A stretch of 64,000 nt of DNA from Lingula anatina (lineage: Eukaryota > Animalia > Brachiopoda). The notes beneath the pieces were generated by a model. The model saw only the letters and a program-made list of their open reading frames with translations, searched no databases and was not told the origin of the DNA. The stretch is taken from positions 6,324,001 through 6,388,000 of the forward strand of contig CM120642.1 in NCBI GenBank assembly GCA_051362555.1, written 5' to 3'. Positions 1-14,813 of this stretch are shown piece after piece (position 1 is the stretch's first letter; every line of letters starts with the position of its first letter). A program made the translations under genes and the position numbers.

Positions 1-3000
1 AGGCCAGAAGAGGGTGGGTGTTACACATATCCGCATTGCAATACTAGAGAATCTGACAACAAAATAGCCAGATTATTGAGTAAGAGAGTCACCTAATCAG
101 AGCCCCTCTGTTTGGTACAGTATTCAGTTGAAGTTATATGTTGATGGTTTGCATCTTCTTTAAGAAAATTATTGGGTGAATTACATTACAAAATCACTTC
201 TGGTTCAAATGACATTCCAAATACATGGTTCTGTGATATAGATTTGCTTTAGTCTTGCACTGTTGGGTGAGTGAATGAAATTTCCTCCTGCATAGTGAAG
301 ATGGACAAGAGTAGCTTGTCACAAAGGATAAGTATTTGCCAGTGAACAGCATCTGTTGACGCAGATTTTAAAAATTGGATGAAAAGTTTTCAAAGCTACA
401 TATTTTTCCATGTGAACAATGAGCATTACAGATGGAGGGATATTTTGGCCAGTGAACATTTGAGCTTTGATTTCATTTTAACGAAAAACTTGAGAAGAGG
501 CAAGCAGGAAAGTGGTTTCTTAGTTTTGAAACAGAATGCACATAACAGCTGTGAGCCTTATTGGTTGTTTTTAACTGAGACTATAATAAATTGAAAGTTA
601 ATTATTGTTTTTCATACCTTTCATGTTTCATGTTTCTTTTGTAGTAGAATTTTTTCCTCTCACATTTGCAATGACCAAGTGCAATTTAAATTGGATTGAG
701 TTGTAAACTTCTAAATAGAGATTGAAAAGGTCTCAAAGAAGAAAATTCAAAGGGGTTTCTGAGGAAAAAAAAGCAAAATTCCCATGGTGTCCTTTGTTTG
801 AAAAGTGGATGGAAAGCATAGTTTACATGCTGATGTTACATGTGAATACACATTAAGCACAGTATTTGTGATTTTTAAATCTGCCCTCTAAAATATTAGG
901 TGGGCAAACTTGATTAGTTGTCAAATGCCACATATCTTTGGCCCAGTCAAGGATTAAGTCAAGAACGGGCGTGGGCTTTAAAAATACAGCTTGCAGCTTG
1001 TGTCTCGTTTATATATAGAACCCATAAAAAACAGAAAACATTTATTGTAGCACTTACACTGCTTCTTTATAACATTCCAGTACAATGAACTTTCAGCAGT
1101 TTTTTTGTTCACTCTCTGCATTCTAATGCTTGTCCTGATCAATGTGTCTGGTGGATTTGGTGTCTGGGAATCCTTTTTTTTTTAAGTATATAAAAACATC
1201 CAGTTGTCTTAATTGCATGTTTTTCAGATAAAATAGATGGAAAAATCTTTGGATATAGTTCTATGTTACTTATAGAATGATGTCAATTGAATTATCTTTA
1301 GTGCAAATTTATATTAACTTTACTTAATAATTACAAAAAATGCACTTAAGTTATAGAATTAGCTGCAGGTACTTTTTATGTCTTCTTGCATTTATCTTGC
1401 TCCAAGTTTTACCAAATGTCATTGGACTCGATTACTTTGTTCAGGAGAGTAGATTAAGTGGGCGTAGCCAGTTGGTCAATTTGGAACTTGTATAGTCAGC
1501 TGTTACTTGAGGCTGTTTTTTTTCTCTTTGGACTTCCTGTCAGATTACCTTAGAAAGGCCGAGAGTAATACAGATCTTTACAAGAGGATATCTAAGATCA
1601 AACTGACATATCCTCCCCTTCCCTCCCCCAGTCATTCCTCTCTCTTTAATTGAAATACTGGGAACAAGCTCTCCCAGCCAATGGTGGGTCAATAGTGACC
1701 AGCCGATTTGGCAAACTTGAAAGTTGCAAAATTTCTGATTTTGGCTTTTGATCAAAAGGATGGTTACTTAGAATCCAGGTTAACAAAATAAACAAGAACG
1801 TAGCTGTCTTATTTATGTGTTGTGTAGTGCAAACACATTGGCCTTTTTCTGATTCTGGGTCAAAACCCTGTGGATAGGTGGAAGATGGTGTGTAGAAACT
1901 TGTCTTGCGAAAATACGAGGGGATTTGATCGGAGTGTTCTTTGTACTACCTGCTGCATATTTTGGATGGTTACTTTGTCATTACAAGGATGAAATTCTGC
2001 CACAGGACTTTTTCTTGATTTAATTGCCAGCTTTATTTGTATAGCAGTAACTGGAGCAAGTTCTCAAAAATCTTTTGAACATTGTTATGTGTCATGTTCT
2101 CACAACCTTTTCATACTTAGCTGAGTAATTTGGTGTGAAAACTCAGTCAGTCTTCTCATCACTGTGATCTGATATGGCAATTAAAGTGAACTGTTATTTT
2201 AATTGGTACATTCAAACAGGAACTGAATTAAACTAAGGTTATTTCACCACATTTGAGTGTTTTTGTAAATTGTTGATCATGAAAAAGATGTGCAAGCGCA
2301 CAAAATGAAAGGAGTCATGTTAAAAAATAAAAGTGACATTGATGTGAAGATTGAAAAGTGCACATATGCAGGAAGTATTAAATTTACCCATAAAATACTT
2401 CTTAGTAGTATTTAAATTTTGAACGCAAATAACATAAGATCAAAGAACATATCTTAAAAAAGCTGACCAATTGCATGAACAGAACACTTTGAAACTGCCA
2501 GTGTTCATTGTCACATGGTTATTTGACATCCCTGGAACAGTTTGTCTAATTTATCAGATATTAGGAAAAAAAAAAAAAACTATGGATTTTGTATCAATGC
2601 ATTTTTATATAACCCTTATTCTGGTAATGCCCTTTTTTTCCATACATGTTAGGTTAAACATGATATATTTCATCAGTTTGCATATCTCTTGTAAACCATA
2701 TTTTAGTAGTTTAGTTAAGTAAGTTTTAAGAAACATTGGTTGACTTGATTTATGTTTTGACATAGTAGAAATACTTGAAATTTAGGTGGTGGAATACTCC
2801 ACTGTCTAAAAAAAATTCATGAAAACTCAGCTGAGGCAAAGTTGTTAAATCAAGTGTTACAACTCTTGAGAAACAACAGGCTCTGAGTAAAATAAACTTT
2901 GTTACAATTCATTGATAAGTGTTCCAACATGATGTGGGGTCCGTAAGGGTGATTTTATGCTAGATGTGGTGTTTAAGCAGATGGAAAGGGCATTTTTTTA

Positions 3001-5194
3001 GGGCAAGGAAAATCAAAAACAAAGACATTGGGAATTTGGACTGTTTAATGAAGTGCAGGGTGTTTTAGCATGGGCAGAGTTACTAACAGTGGCACGGTGG
3101 TTGAAGTATGGTGTCACGCCAGGTCGGGTCAGGTCACCCTTTCATAAAACATATACATAAGAAAGGTGGCACAGAGCCTCCACTTGCCTTCCTTACATGG
3201 TTTATGGGGATTTTTTCCAAAGATAATTTTTAGTTTAAGACTAAGTTTAATGGATTATGGAAGTAAAGGGCTAGTGATTAATGTTAATCCCATGGAGAAG
3301 AGGTCGCACTAAACTATACATTATATCGCTGCACAATTTTGATGGAGCTGGAACATTTGAAAGATTACAAATGACGCAGCAGGAACACCATTGGTATGGC
3401 CAATACGGAGATTGCATAGCAATAATGGAAAATAATTATGTCGTTTGATAAACGAGTGTGAAGATTGATGAAATATGCATTACACAGTTAACTTCTTTTG
3501 GAAAAACAAATAAGTCAAAGTATGAGAAAAAGTAAAGGCAAGTGTCACCTACACAACAGTATGGCCCTGTATTGCTCATACATTAAGAAACCCTGTAGGA
3601 AACTTGTGTAATGAATAATTTTTCTACACTTTCCAACCCTTTTGTGATTTATTGCTTTTTTGTCATACAAGATGACTTCAAGCATTGTACGTTGTAACTG
3701 TTTATGTTGTAGTTGGTGACTTGGTGTTTAGGGGTGTATAAGGAAAAAAAAACCTAAGTACATTAATTAATGTCCATGTTACATTTAGAGCATATGGATA
3801 TTTGTGTGGAATGAGTGTTTTTGTCCTCACAAGATTTAGAGTAAAAACAAACAGTCATTTTTAAATGTTTGAAAACATTATCTGTTGAAGTTAAAGATGT
3901 AAATCTTTTATGGTTAATTAAGGTAACTGTGTAAAGAGACCAGACTTAGGTGTCAATTCTATTCATGTACTGGATTGTGTGATTCTGTTATAAGTAATAT
4001 GATATTACAACAGAGCTAGACATGAGGAAAACTATATTGTGAGGCATCCTGTGTAGTCTGGTTTAGGCCTGTTTTTTTAAACAAGATTGTAAGATGTGCT
4101 GTTGATCAGTAGCGAAAGGATGTTTATAATTGCAACCAGGCATGCATATGATGGTGATGTTATAATTAGCAGCATGGTGTTGTTTGAGATTGGTGGTGTT
4201 ACATCATGCGGACAACTACCAAAGAGAAAAGATCACAGAGACACCTAACCTTGTCTAGTAAACTAAAGATATACTGTAATAGGTTTACAGCTTCCAGATT
4301 CTGAAAACAACATTAGGAGAAGAATTTCGTCAGCTGTGTTTTGCCCTAAGAATAAAGAGGTGTTTTTTCTTCAGTCAACCGCTGACATTGAAAATGTTGT
4401 TTACCTTCAATGTTTTGTTGTCTGTCTAGAACATCTTCTGTAGGGTGCAATCCAGGTGCATAACTTCAACCAGGAGATACACTTGCCCCCAATTTTTAGC
4501 TGTTGATTGATTAAAAATTATTGCTATTTTCAATTGGAATTGTAAGGTGTATGTGTACCATTTAACGTACTGCTTCCCTCTAATTTCTTGAAATCTTTTA
4601 GCCTTCCTTGAAAGTTGCCTGCATTGGTCTGTAACAGGTCTTACAGATTTGAAGATATGCATTGATCTTAGACAAATGATCATAAGAATTGACAACAGCA
4701 AAGAAATTAAGAGTACATGGAATCTGGATATCTATATATTATTATCACCTATGTAGAAAAAGTGCCAACTTTTTTTTATAATATAAAGTCCTATGTTGTA
4801 TAGAATGTGGATTGGTCCTTAAGAAATAAAAAGGATATGAGAACTGGAAATTATTTGTCAGTAAAGCAACAAAGATTGTGTTGCCTCCAAGGGTGTGAAA
4901 TCAGTTTTGTATGTAATGTTATGTACACATGAACATGAGAGAACTGATATAACCAAAGGTCTTTGAGAAAGAAAAATAACATTAACAAAGGATATGTTGC
5001 ACTGGATTCTTGCCATACAAAAAATTGCCGATTATGATTATGTTACCATGTGGCAGCTCCACAAAATACAGGCTTCAAGTTAAAATACAGAATATTGTCA
5101 TGTTTCATGCTTGATTTATTTTAGAATAATTTAATATAAAATGAGTTACTCAGCCACAACTGTACACATGCATGCACACAAACACACTCACTCA

Positions 5195-5196
<2 letters not shown>

Positions 5197-5238
<42 letters not shown>
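5197..5238. repeat. (CA)n microsatellite followed by poly-A
   Basis: Read directly from the sequence. Confidence 0.95.
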
Positions 5239-5242
<4 letters not shown>

Positions 5243-5777
5243 AAAAAAATGAACAAACAAAGAAATCATATTTCAACTGTCACAGGATTTCTAGAATCTC
5301 AAATTTAGAGTAATGTCCTATTGTCTTTTGAATTGTACCCCTGGTAGACTGGTCTGGCAGGGTTCAAACACATTCAACAGGACCAGCATAATTTCCTTTT
5401 TGTAATTTGTTTTGACGGGACCTTGCCTCTGTGGTGAAGTATGGGCAGACAGTGTCAAACCACAGTGTCACACAGTGGGACGTGTTATTTTAAGGAGATG
5501 TCATTTGTTTAAGGTACACAAACGGTGAGTTTCTGATTGATTCCCACCAAAGTAGTTACGGTACAGAGACAAAAAATGGACAAAACAGAAGTTAAGCTTA
5601 GCTTTATTTGCTACAGTGAATAAAGAAAGAATGTTTCATTTCAGCTTTTAGTGGGGCCGTTTTCTTTATTGCATTTTTAGACTTTTTGATTGAATAGGGA
5701 GAACAATTTATAAAGTTCAGAATGACAGGAATCAGTCATGTAAATCCAGCTCTAAAGTTTAACATCTTGCCATCTAA

Positions 5778-5974
5778 GGGCCCATTCCCATAGATTTTAG
5801 ATCGATCTATCCCCTTGGGGAGTCTCACTAGATTACTGTCAGATAATCTGTCTTAAATGTCCGTCCCACCTACTACAAGCTGTAAGGGGGTAATCGGCTG
5901 ACAGCTATTTAGCGTGAACCCCCAGGGAGTTAGGTCGATCTAGTTGGATCGCTTTAATCTCTGGGAATAGGGTC
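5778..5974. mobile_element. MITE, PIF/Harbinger (Tourist)-like, 197 bp
   Basis: Imperfect TIRs GGGCCCATTCCCATAGATT ... AATCTCTGGGAATAGGGTC, flanked on both sides by TAA (5775-5777, 5975-5977). Confidence 0.75.
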
Positions 5975-6079
5975 TAAGACAATTACTGGTCCATACTGTT
6001 ACATTCATAGTAAAAAGGAGAAATATATCTGCAAGTTTTGCTAGTAGTGGACACTATATGAATGAACCTACATCAGTTT

Positions 6080-6112
<33 letters not shown>

Positions 6113-6495
6113 TTTCTAGACTACCTGACTGCTTGTTGCTGATGTTGCTTTCCTATTATTGTCTTTATTTTGCAGGGCTGAGTCATCACAAATTTTGTTA
6201 AGCAGTGAATACAAAGTGCTGCCACCTAGGTGTCTCATCTTTTCTCTTTTTTCTACTTTTCTCTCTTTTTGTTTCTCTACCTTTTGTCTCCAGGCCAATA
6301 GCTGGAGATGGGTTGGTTGGGAGTTTCAATCGAGCACCCCCCCCCCCCCCCCCCTTTGGCTGAAAAAAGTCTTCTTTCATTCTTAAACAGAATATCTTCA
6401 CAATGTATCTATTCCTGAAGTTGGGTCAACTAAGGGGGTAAAAACTCTGTTTTGTTAAAATTTTTTTTAGAAAAATGGCATTCCATTTTGAATAA

Positions 6496-6731
6496 GGCTG
6501 TGTTCAGATTAAAAGCTCTTGGACCAATAGGGATTCTCGCTGGAATGCTCCTGCACTAAGCAACATGAACAACATCATGGACCACAAAGTTTTCCTGACT
6601 TTACCCAAAGTATTTCACTTATGAGTGTGCATGCCAGACAATTAAGCTGATCACATTGACTGTGCCTTATTAAGAATCCTTGCTGAGATATTGATCTTGC
6701 TGGATCGATAAGTTTTTATCTGAACATAGCC
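6496..6731. mobile_element. MITE (non-autonomous DNA transposon), ~236 bp
   Basis: TIRs GGCTGTGTTCAGATTAAAAGCT ... AGTTTTTATCTGAACATAGCC; flanks TAA/TTA (TWA or TA target). Confidence 0.75.
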
Positions 6732-9700
6732 TTACACTCTCTCTCTCATGCATGATCACACACAGCATTTTCAGACATAGAAATGTATAGACTTTTGTAT
6801 TTGAAGTTAATACCTTTTAAAAGCATGCATAATTTTTAAAAAATAAAAAAAAATTACAAAAGTTTTACAGAAAAAGATTGAGGATATGACTTCCAGTAAA
6901 AAGTGAAGAGATTTGCTGATAATGAGAGTTGAGTTCAAGTGATGTTAGGAGTCTTTTTCAGGTCATGGTCTTTGCTGGCAAACTTCAGGACATATTTCCT
7001 TTGCTTTCATCTTGTTTTTCTTGAATGCTTTTGTGACAAGTTTGATAGGTTCTATAGTTTGCTGGTTATAGAAAACAGTGGCATAAATGAATCTGTTTCA
7101 TTAGAAGATGCATCCAAAGACAAACATACTGGTGGCATGCTTCATAGTTTTAAGTCAAACTGCATATTCATGAACCTGTCTTCAGCTTTTATATTCTAAT
7201 TCATGAAAAAAGTTTCATCATTGATTTTATAAAAGCAAGTCCAATAGTTGAAACTTCAGAAGGTTGAAATTCCTTTTTTCTTTGAAAATTTTGAACCATC
7301 ATTAATGTGCAGCAATTTGTAGGTCTGAAACAGGTGAAACAACATTATCATAGAAAATGATATTAGTGAGTGAGTATAACAGCCTGGGGTTTGTATATAG
7401 ATAATGGCTTCTCCAAGAGTGATTCAATTATAAAACTGCAACAGCTAGCCTCCTGGCAAAAATACACTTTGATGCCTATTGTCTGGAAGAAGGTTTCTTC
7501 TACAGTGATGTGTTTTTCTGATTTCTTGGAACAATTAATGATTTATTTTTCTAGATTTTTCTTTGCAAATGTGTGTGTATTGCTTTATTCTGTTTTTACA
7601 GACCTGTGGGACTTGCAAGTGGTTTGCCTTTCAGGTTTCACATTGTTTGGGTTACTCACTTTCCATTGTTTTTAAATACTTAATGAATGTTCGGAGGGCT
7701 CAGCTGCAGGTTACAGAACTGCTAAATGTGATTTATAAGAATTATTTCCAAGTTGGTTTTCCATCAAGTAAAACAGCATGGTATCTGTGTTTGCTGCCAA
7801 GCACATTGTGTCTCTTTGGCTCCAAGAGTTTTTTTACTGTCTGTCAAAACCTGACACTCATTTAATGATTATGTTGATATCATTATCTGTCTGCTTCAGG
7901 TTGGTTGAAAGCTGTATTGACCCCTTAGTCATTTTTTTCAGTTTCATGAAGTTTAGTGTGATCTCTAGTCAGTTAATCCAATTTTGTTCTATATAAACAT
8001 GGACTGCTTCTGCTCTACAATCATTTACCCCATGTTACGAGGTTTCGAAGGAGGCTCCTCTATACTGGGTGTCAGCAAGCATATGCAAAGTGGAAGTGGA
8101 TAGAGGATTGTATATACTGTGTATCACTACTTTGAAACTTGGGGTGCAACTGTTTAATTCACTATAATATTGCACAGTAATGAGAATGTTGATTGGAAAC
8201 TACCGTGTGCACATTAGATTTTAAAGTAATATGATTTTAGCTTATTGCATTTAATTACAAGACCCTGGGAGAAGAATGCAAGAAAGATAATTGCCTGGGG
8301 GGTCTGTTTTTAGAAGTGTGAGATTTTTAAAATCTTTGGCTGGATTCGTATTTTTTTCACTATAAGAACAATTGTTGCAAAGTGGTTCAGTTTATGGTTT
8401 CAAATGTTTTCAGACATTTTGCCCAAAATTCTATCTCCTGCCTGTAATAAGGTGCCGACAGAATAGCAACAGAATAGTAACACTCACAAGGGTGTCTTCC
8501 ATCTCCCAAAGAAACAAAACCTGCCAAGATTTAAAAAGCAGCTTCTTGAACCAGATTGACTGGATACAACAAACTACCTCTTTGTAAAAAGGGCAAGTTC
8601 AGTGCCAGAAAGTCAAATTTTTTCCAGAAAAGTAAAGTTCAAGTTTACAGATAAGCAGTCTATATTTGGCGTGTTACTGTGTGGGTTTTAGAGATAAGGC
8701 AATAGATAGCATCTTATTGCCAACCTGCTACATTTGAACTAATGACATCAGACAGCAGGTCCAGGGTGTCATTTGTACTAATTACAGAAGATTCAGAAAA
8801 CAGACTTAATTTTTTTGTTTAAAAGATTGCTTCCAGAACCAATGAGGTAACATTCCCTAGGCTTGTTGCTTGTATTGTTGATTGATAGAGTTTTTGTGTT
8901 GTTTTAGTGTTTAGAAGAAAAAGTGAAAATACAACGCAGTTTGAAAGTTTTTAGGAGTCTGAGAGAGATTTAGCTAGTTAGTTTGTGAGTTGATTTTGAA
9001 TAAAAGAAAATGATTACTGTTGCTGTATATATATTTTTTTTGTGGTTTTACAAGATGTTCAAGTAATGTAGGCCTTATTTTGGGTAATTTTCTGTCAACT
9101 GTGATAAACCTTTCTAAAGTGAGAGGACTCGGGCTGGGTTTTTGGAAATCAATGTAAAGTATTTTTCGTTTTCTTTTAGTTGGAGGTCTTTAAGTCATTC
9201 ATGAGAATGATTACATCAGTTGCACTGTGTGTATGTTTAGGAAGGCAGCCAATTCAATCTGAATCTTCTGTTTGCTGAAGTATTTTATCTTCCTCATTCT
9301 AGAAGCAAGTATAAAAAAGCAAGTATCAAAAAGACATCAGTCTTGTGTCTAATTTTGCTGTACTGTCTGGGCTAGAATGGAGAATTTTTTTCTGTTGATT
9401 ATTGTCAAAATCTTGTCATATTTTCAACTTTTCCACAGATTTAGCTTACATGTTTTATTTTGTTGAAGTTTTCAGGTTTAACTTTCACTTGAGTCTGAAT
9501 AGTTTGTAGGTTAACCTCTGTGTCCTGATGACTGCAGACTGGTGCCATCTGGTGTTGAAATCGAAAATGGATGTTGATACATGCCTATGATTGGTCAATA
9601 TTTGTATTGCTTACTGTCTTGAATTATGAATGAAAACTTGCAGTAAATTAATAGCATCCCATGGCGTCTCTCCTCATGCTGATATTAATAACATTTTCAC

Positions 9701-11834
9701 ATAACCTTTAGAGGATATCCCTGCTGGAGCAATGCACCCAGCCTGTAAGGTTTAGCTTGGTGAAGCAAAGTAGTTCCCCGACTGCTGTATTTTCGTTGTC
9801 AGTTTCCAGCGGGGATGACAAATACAAACTGAGATTCATGCAAAGATGTGTGTTTCTCTTATGGATATTTGAGAAATGTTTGTGTACAGAGTCAAGTATA
9901 AGTTAACAAGTTTGGTGTACCTTTTTTTAATCTTTAACCAGAAGGTGCAAATGTTGCTTTCATGGTGGCCCATTCTGTGTTGTTATGTGGCATGTTATTG
10001 TTGTAGACATAGTATAAGATGGTGTGGCTTTGTCAAGTGGAGGTGTGGCTAAGTGTTGGAGAAAAGTTCAGGTGACAAAGTGCCTATTTTATTTGATAAA
10101 GTGCAACACTGGTTGCATACTAGAACTGAAGATTATTCAAAATGAAATATTAACATATCATATGCATATTTTGATGTTTTGTAAGGTTGGATAAATACTC
10201 TTGGATATTCATATATGATTCAAATATAAAGTGCATGATTTTTTGGTCCTCTTGGAAAAAAATCTAAGTTCAGAGAAAATGAAGTGGGAAGATAATGTAG
10301 TAAATTCGACACAAATTATAGTCTTAATGATAAATGCCAAAGAATGTTTGTAAAAAACTTTTTTCAACTTTCATAATGTTAATCTACTGTTTATAAGGTA
10401 AAGTACTTCAGAGGTGGAAAGACTGCATGTTGTACAGAACGTTTGGACATATATCAAAGCTTCTGCTCCGTCTGGGGTCATTGCCAGCGGCAACCTCGGT
10501 GTTTATTAGCAAAACCGACCAATGTGTTTTACAGGAGAGCGGGACAACATAATTATTTTAGAATCCCTAAGGTCTGGGAAAAGTCGACCTTAAGTTTGGT
10601 CTTAATTTGCCCGATGTGACTTTTCAGCATGAGAAAATGTTTTAAAAATTAACCAGTTTGGATAAGCGACTAGGCAGCACAGCCTGGAGACTTTTGGCCG
10701 GTGGGAAGTGCTTTTAAAGTTAAAATTTATGAACAGTTTGCAACCTCGGACCTTAAAATGGGGACGTAATTGCAGTTGAAGGGACATGCCATGGTGTCAC
10801 TTGAAAGAAAAAAAGAATTGTTAAGCGTGGGTTGAAGGGTTTACTGCTCGGTACACTGCCACAGTCTGCCCTCTCCAGATGTTGTGCTGATGTTTGCTAC
10901 CACTTTGTTTTTGAGGGGAGAATGAGTCTTTTATGTGTTTGAACTTCACTATTTAAGAAAAAGGTACAGGAAAATAAGATGATTTTCTTCTTCTTCTTCA
11001 AAAAAAAAAAAAAAAAAAAAAGAAAAAAAGGGGATTATACTGATCAAATGTAATTGCTGACGAAATTCAAACACCTTTTTTTATTCCCATACTTCATATT
11101 TTTATGATTTCACATTTCAGTTTCCAAATAAATAAATGAATAAATAAACAAACAAACAAGTAAACAACAGGTTAGTTAAAAAACAAAATCTTTCTAATGG
11201 ACTGAGCTCATTTGTCAGAGCTTAAGAATTTTCAGCTTTTCGATATTACATATTAAACATTGCTTTGGCATATTGAATAAGTTATCTTTCCTTTTGTAAC
11301 TTTTGAGAAAATACCCAAATTTTGCATATACCACATGGCCCACAAGGGACTGGATAATTAAGAGAGGAGATAACCCTGCTGGTGTTTATATTGACATTTC
11401 TAAGTGGGTTCTAATTACTTGGCCCATTAACTCCCAGCAGGTGGCCAGGAAGGTTGTAAAACTTGCTAAATCACGAAAAGGGAAATCGCTGTATGTTGTG
11501 TGCTCTGTCTCCCTCTCAAAATAAATGTTTTTATTTTACTTGTTGGAATCAGTCCAGATTCCATTTGTGAAATGGCGGAGGATCAAAATTGTAAGCAGTT
11601 TTAATGTCAAGATGCCTAATGTGTCACATTCTCACCCCTTAAGTGTAACATGTCAGTTTACTGTGTATCAGAGCACTTGTTATTTCCTTTGATCAAAAAT
11701 TTCAAGAGACCAACTGAAATACTTCCTCATAAACAAAACCCCATGTAAGATGACATGTTTTAAACTTGATACAGTCTTGTAGACTGAATGGGTTAACTAG
11801 TCTCTAGAAACCCTATTGTACTAAATGGGAATCG

Positions 11835-12053
11835 GATCTATCTCTGAGGGGATTCTTGCTAAATTGCAATCAACTTAAGCAGCTTAGATGTCTGTCACAC
11901 CTACTGAAGCTGCTAGAGGGTAATTAACTATCGTTCAGCAGCTTCAGTTGGTGTGCCAGACATCTAACCCGCTTAATCTGAAAACAATTTAGCAGGTTAC
12001 CCGTTGGAGATGGATTGATCCTGTTAGATCGATCTAGGTATGGGAACCCAGCC
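11835..12053. mobile_element. Palindromic MITE related to the 5778-5974 element (left TIR missing)
   Basis: Long internal inverted repeat (ttagatgtctgtcacacctactgaagctgct ... agcagcttcagttggtgtgccagacatctaa). The left arm aligns by eye with 5804-5894, and the right end tagatcgatctaggtatgggaacccagcc resembles the reverse complement of that element's TIR. Confidence 0.7.
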
Positions 12054-14750
12054 ATAGACATCTGTGCTGCAAGTCATAACACATGGTACTAGTGAAAATA
12101 TGGGGCCCAAAGAAGCAGGAAGTTTGATTCCTTAGCAACCTAAGAGAGGCTGTGGTTGATGGGGGTTCATTCTGTTAATTGGCATGTGTTTCCCTTAAGT
12201 CTTCTGCACATTGTTGACTGAGCTACATGGCTTTGGTTCTACATTGTTACTACTTTGCCAGTTTCAAAGAAGAACTCGAGATCAAAGTTGGTCTTTAATT
12301 ATAGAGTTTATTAACTATAAATGATCGTTTACTTTAGTTCAGGTTGAATTTATGATGAAGTACTAAAATAAGCAGTTATTGATCTAAAAGGTCAACATTT
12401 TTTGTATAAAATAGGTTTGATGTTTCATTATATTGGACTACTACTGATTTTTCAAAGACAAGAAAGTTTGTCTACAAGAATGAGGTCTATGGCCAGAATG
12501 ATATGAATCTTGAACAGACATTGGAAAGGAAAATTAAACAAGCATAATTTGCTTCATAACAAATGTCTGCAAGTTCTCCTTCCAATGGTTTTGTAAAAGT
12601 CATTTTGCAATAATAGATAATAACATTATCTCATAAGGAAAATATGAATCAATGAAATGAATAAAACTAGGTATAATATTAAGTCCAAAAAGAGAAACAC
12701 AATTAGCAAGTTATCCTAACATTCTCAGTAACTTTCTCGTACAATACAGCCAACTTTTTTGAGGTCATTACTTTGAAATACCATTTAATATGTTTTCTTT
12801 CCTGAATAAGTGGCTCCATACATTCCTTGCATTTCCACTTCAAATGAAATAGTGATTTTTGTGCAGACGTATTAATTTCATTATTTTAAAAAAGTGTAAC
12901 ACTCCCTTTTCATAATAGTACAGGTTTTCTGCTAAGAAAATAAAAAACATTTAAGGCAACAGAGAGAATGTTTGTGGTCCTTTTTATACTCTTGTTCAGT
13001 AATTGAGTAAAAAGAAGAGAGTGCATTCAAAATTCAATTATGGGTGAAAATTAGTAGCAGGTCATCTTTGTTAACTTTTCAAGTGTCCTTAGCTGACCTC
13101 ATGAAGTTCTGCTATTTGGTGAATTTTAAGCCTTTTTTTAAAACACTTGAAGAAGTGTTAAAGTATCATTACTTTGCAAACAGAAGTGCCAGAGTTTTAC
13201 GATGCTAACCAGTTCCATCATTCACTACAAAATTTCTTTCAATAGTGCATCAGTGTATAGACAAACATGTTGTTCTAATGCTAGTCAAAGTTTCTGGATG
13301 CTTTTTGTAAGTCCATGTGATTGTTGTCTTGAAAATACCACAAATTTGACCCTGTTTGAAGACATAAAAAGGTACTTTTAGAAGAACCATGTACATGTAA
13401 CTGTCTGATATAAAGATTTAATTTTGGAAGTAGAATTTAACTGCCTGACCTGAACTAGGGGCACTGTACCCCTGGACCTCCCGGACATAAACTATTTGAC
13501 CTGTCACCTGTCATATGACCTGTCACCAGACTGAAGTAATCTAAGTGGGAGTTAATACATCTGCTCTTACATTTAGTTTCAGTTGAAACATTTTTTTACA
13601 TGGCCGGTATCATGCACTCATTTATTTAAATTAAAATGCAATTTATTTTTTTGTCTGTTTGATTACAGTAACAAGCTTACACTTATTCCATTGATTGTAT
13701 CAGGACTTGGTGGTTGTAATTTCCAGAGGACAGTTCTCCATTCTTGCTTTTCTATTTTCATTCTCTGCTGATTTTTGTAACATAAAGATTTTCTAAATAA
13801 CATTGCATTTCATATGTAATGGGGATGGTTTTCAACATACCAAAGCCATTAATAGTTGATAAAGGGTGGTGTTTATTTGGCCCAGTTAATGAAACATATC
13901 TGATAACATACATTTCCATTGGTTGAACTAACTTTTGTTTTTGTACAAGCAATTCCAACTTTCATCATTACCATACAAGCAGTTCCAGCTTTCATCACGA
14001 TCACACAACTTTCATACAGACACTTGACCCTATTTTCTCTGTCACTGACCCATGCAGGCAATCTAAGCTTTCTTAGTGGCTACCAGCAGATTAATTTGCA
14101 ATGAAAGTTTGACTTGGTGAGAATATTTAGCTACTGTTTACTATGAACTTAATCGTTATGGGGTTTGGTGTACTTTTGATGTCCGTTTTCACAGTTTTTG
14201 TTTGTTTATGCAGGAGTACAATGGATGTCTTGTATGCAGTGATTGTGATTGCAAAATACATAGATAAAAGAATATGTAGCATATATAACTTAAACTTCTA
14301 TGAATATCTGACAGTGATTACTTCAAAAGATTAATTTCAAAGTTTCAAAGTCTTACTGAAAAGTTTAAGGCATGCTGTGAAATGCTTCAAAAAAGAGATA
14401 GATTTACCAATGAAACTGGTTCTTCATGTTACAACCAGTATATACAATTAACAGGCTCCAATTACCAGCTGTACCTTCTGCCAACAATGTTGCTTTGTTC
14501 ATAATGTTCTGTATGCCATTACTGTTGATTCACTTTTTTGATGTCCCCTGATCATAAACATATTTTAACAACAACTCTAATTTTTATGTAGCTAGTTTTA
14601 AAGCTTGAAAGCTTTGAAAAGGACAATGAAGGCATATAATATTTGTGAAGTGTTTCATATTTTTTTAAAAATGAAAATTTAATTTCAACAGAAGATCGGA
14701 ATAGAATATTTGAATATCTTTTGCGTTGATGCAAACTGATACATAATAAA

Positions 14751-14813
14751 TAATAATAATAATAAATTTATTTTAAGTCTAAAATCCATTTAAAATGCTC
14801 AGTAGACTTTACA
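14751..14813 (-). mobile_element. LINE2/SINE-like 3' tail remnant
   Basis: Reverse complement reads tgtaaagtctactgagcatttt...aaataaatttattattattatt, an L2-type tail ending in (TTA)n. Confidence 0.3.

Noticed and set aside
379-14734. Numerous 60-100 aa ORFs in the first 15 kb
   Set aside because: Composition typical of AT-rich non-coding DNA, many with non-ATG starts, no recognisable domains and no consistent exon chain.
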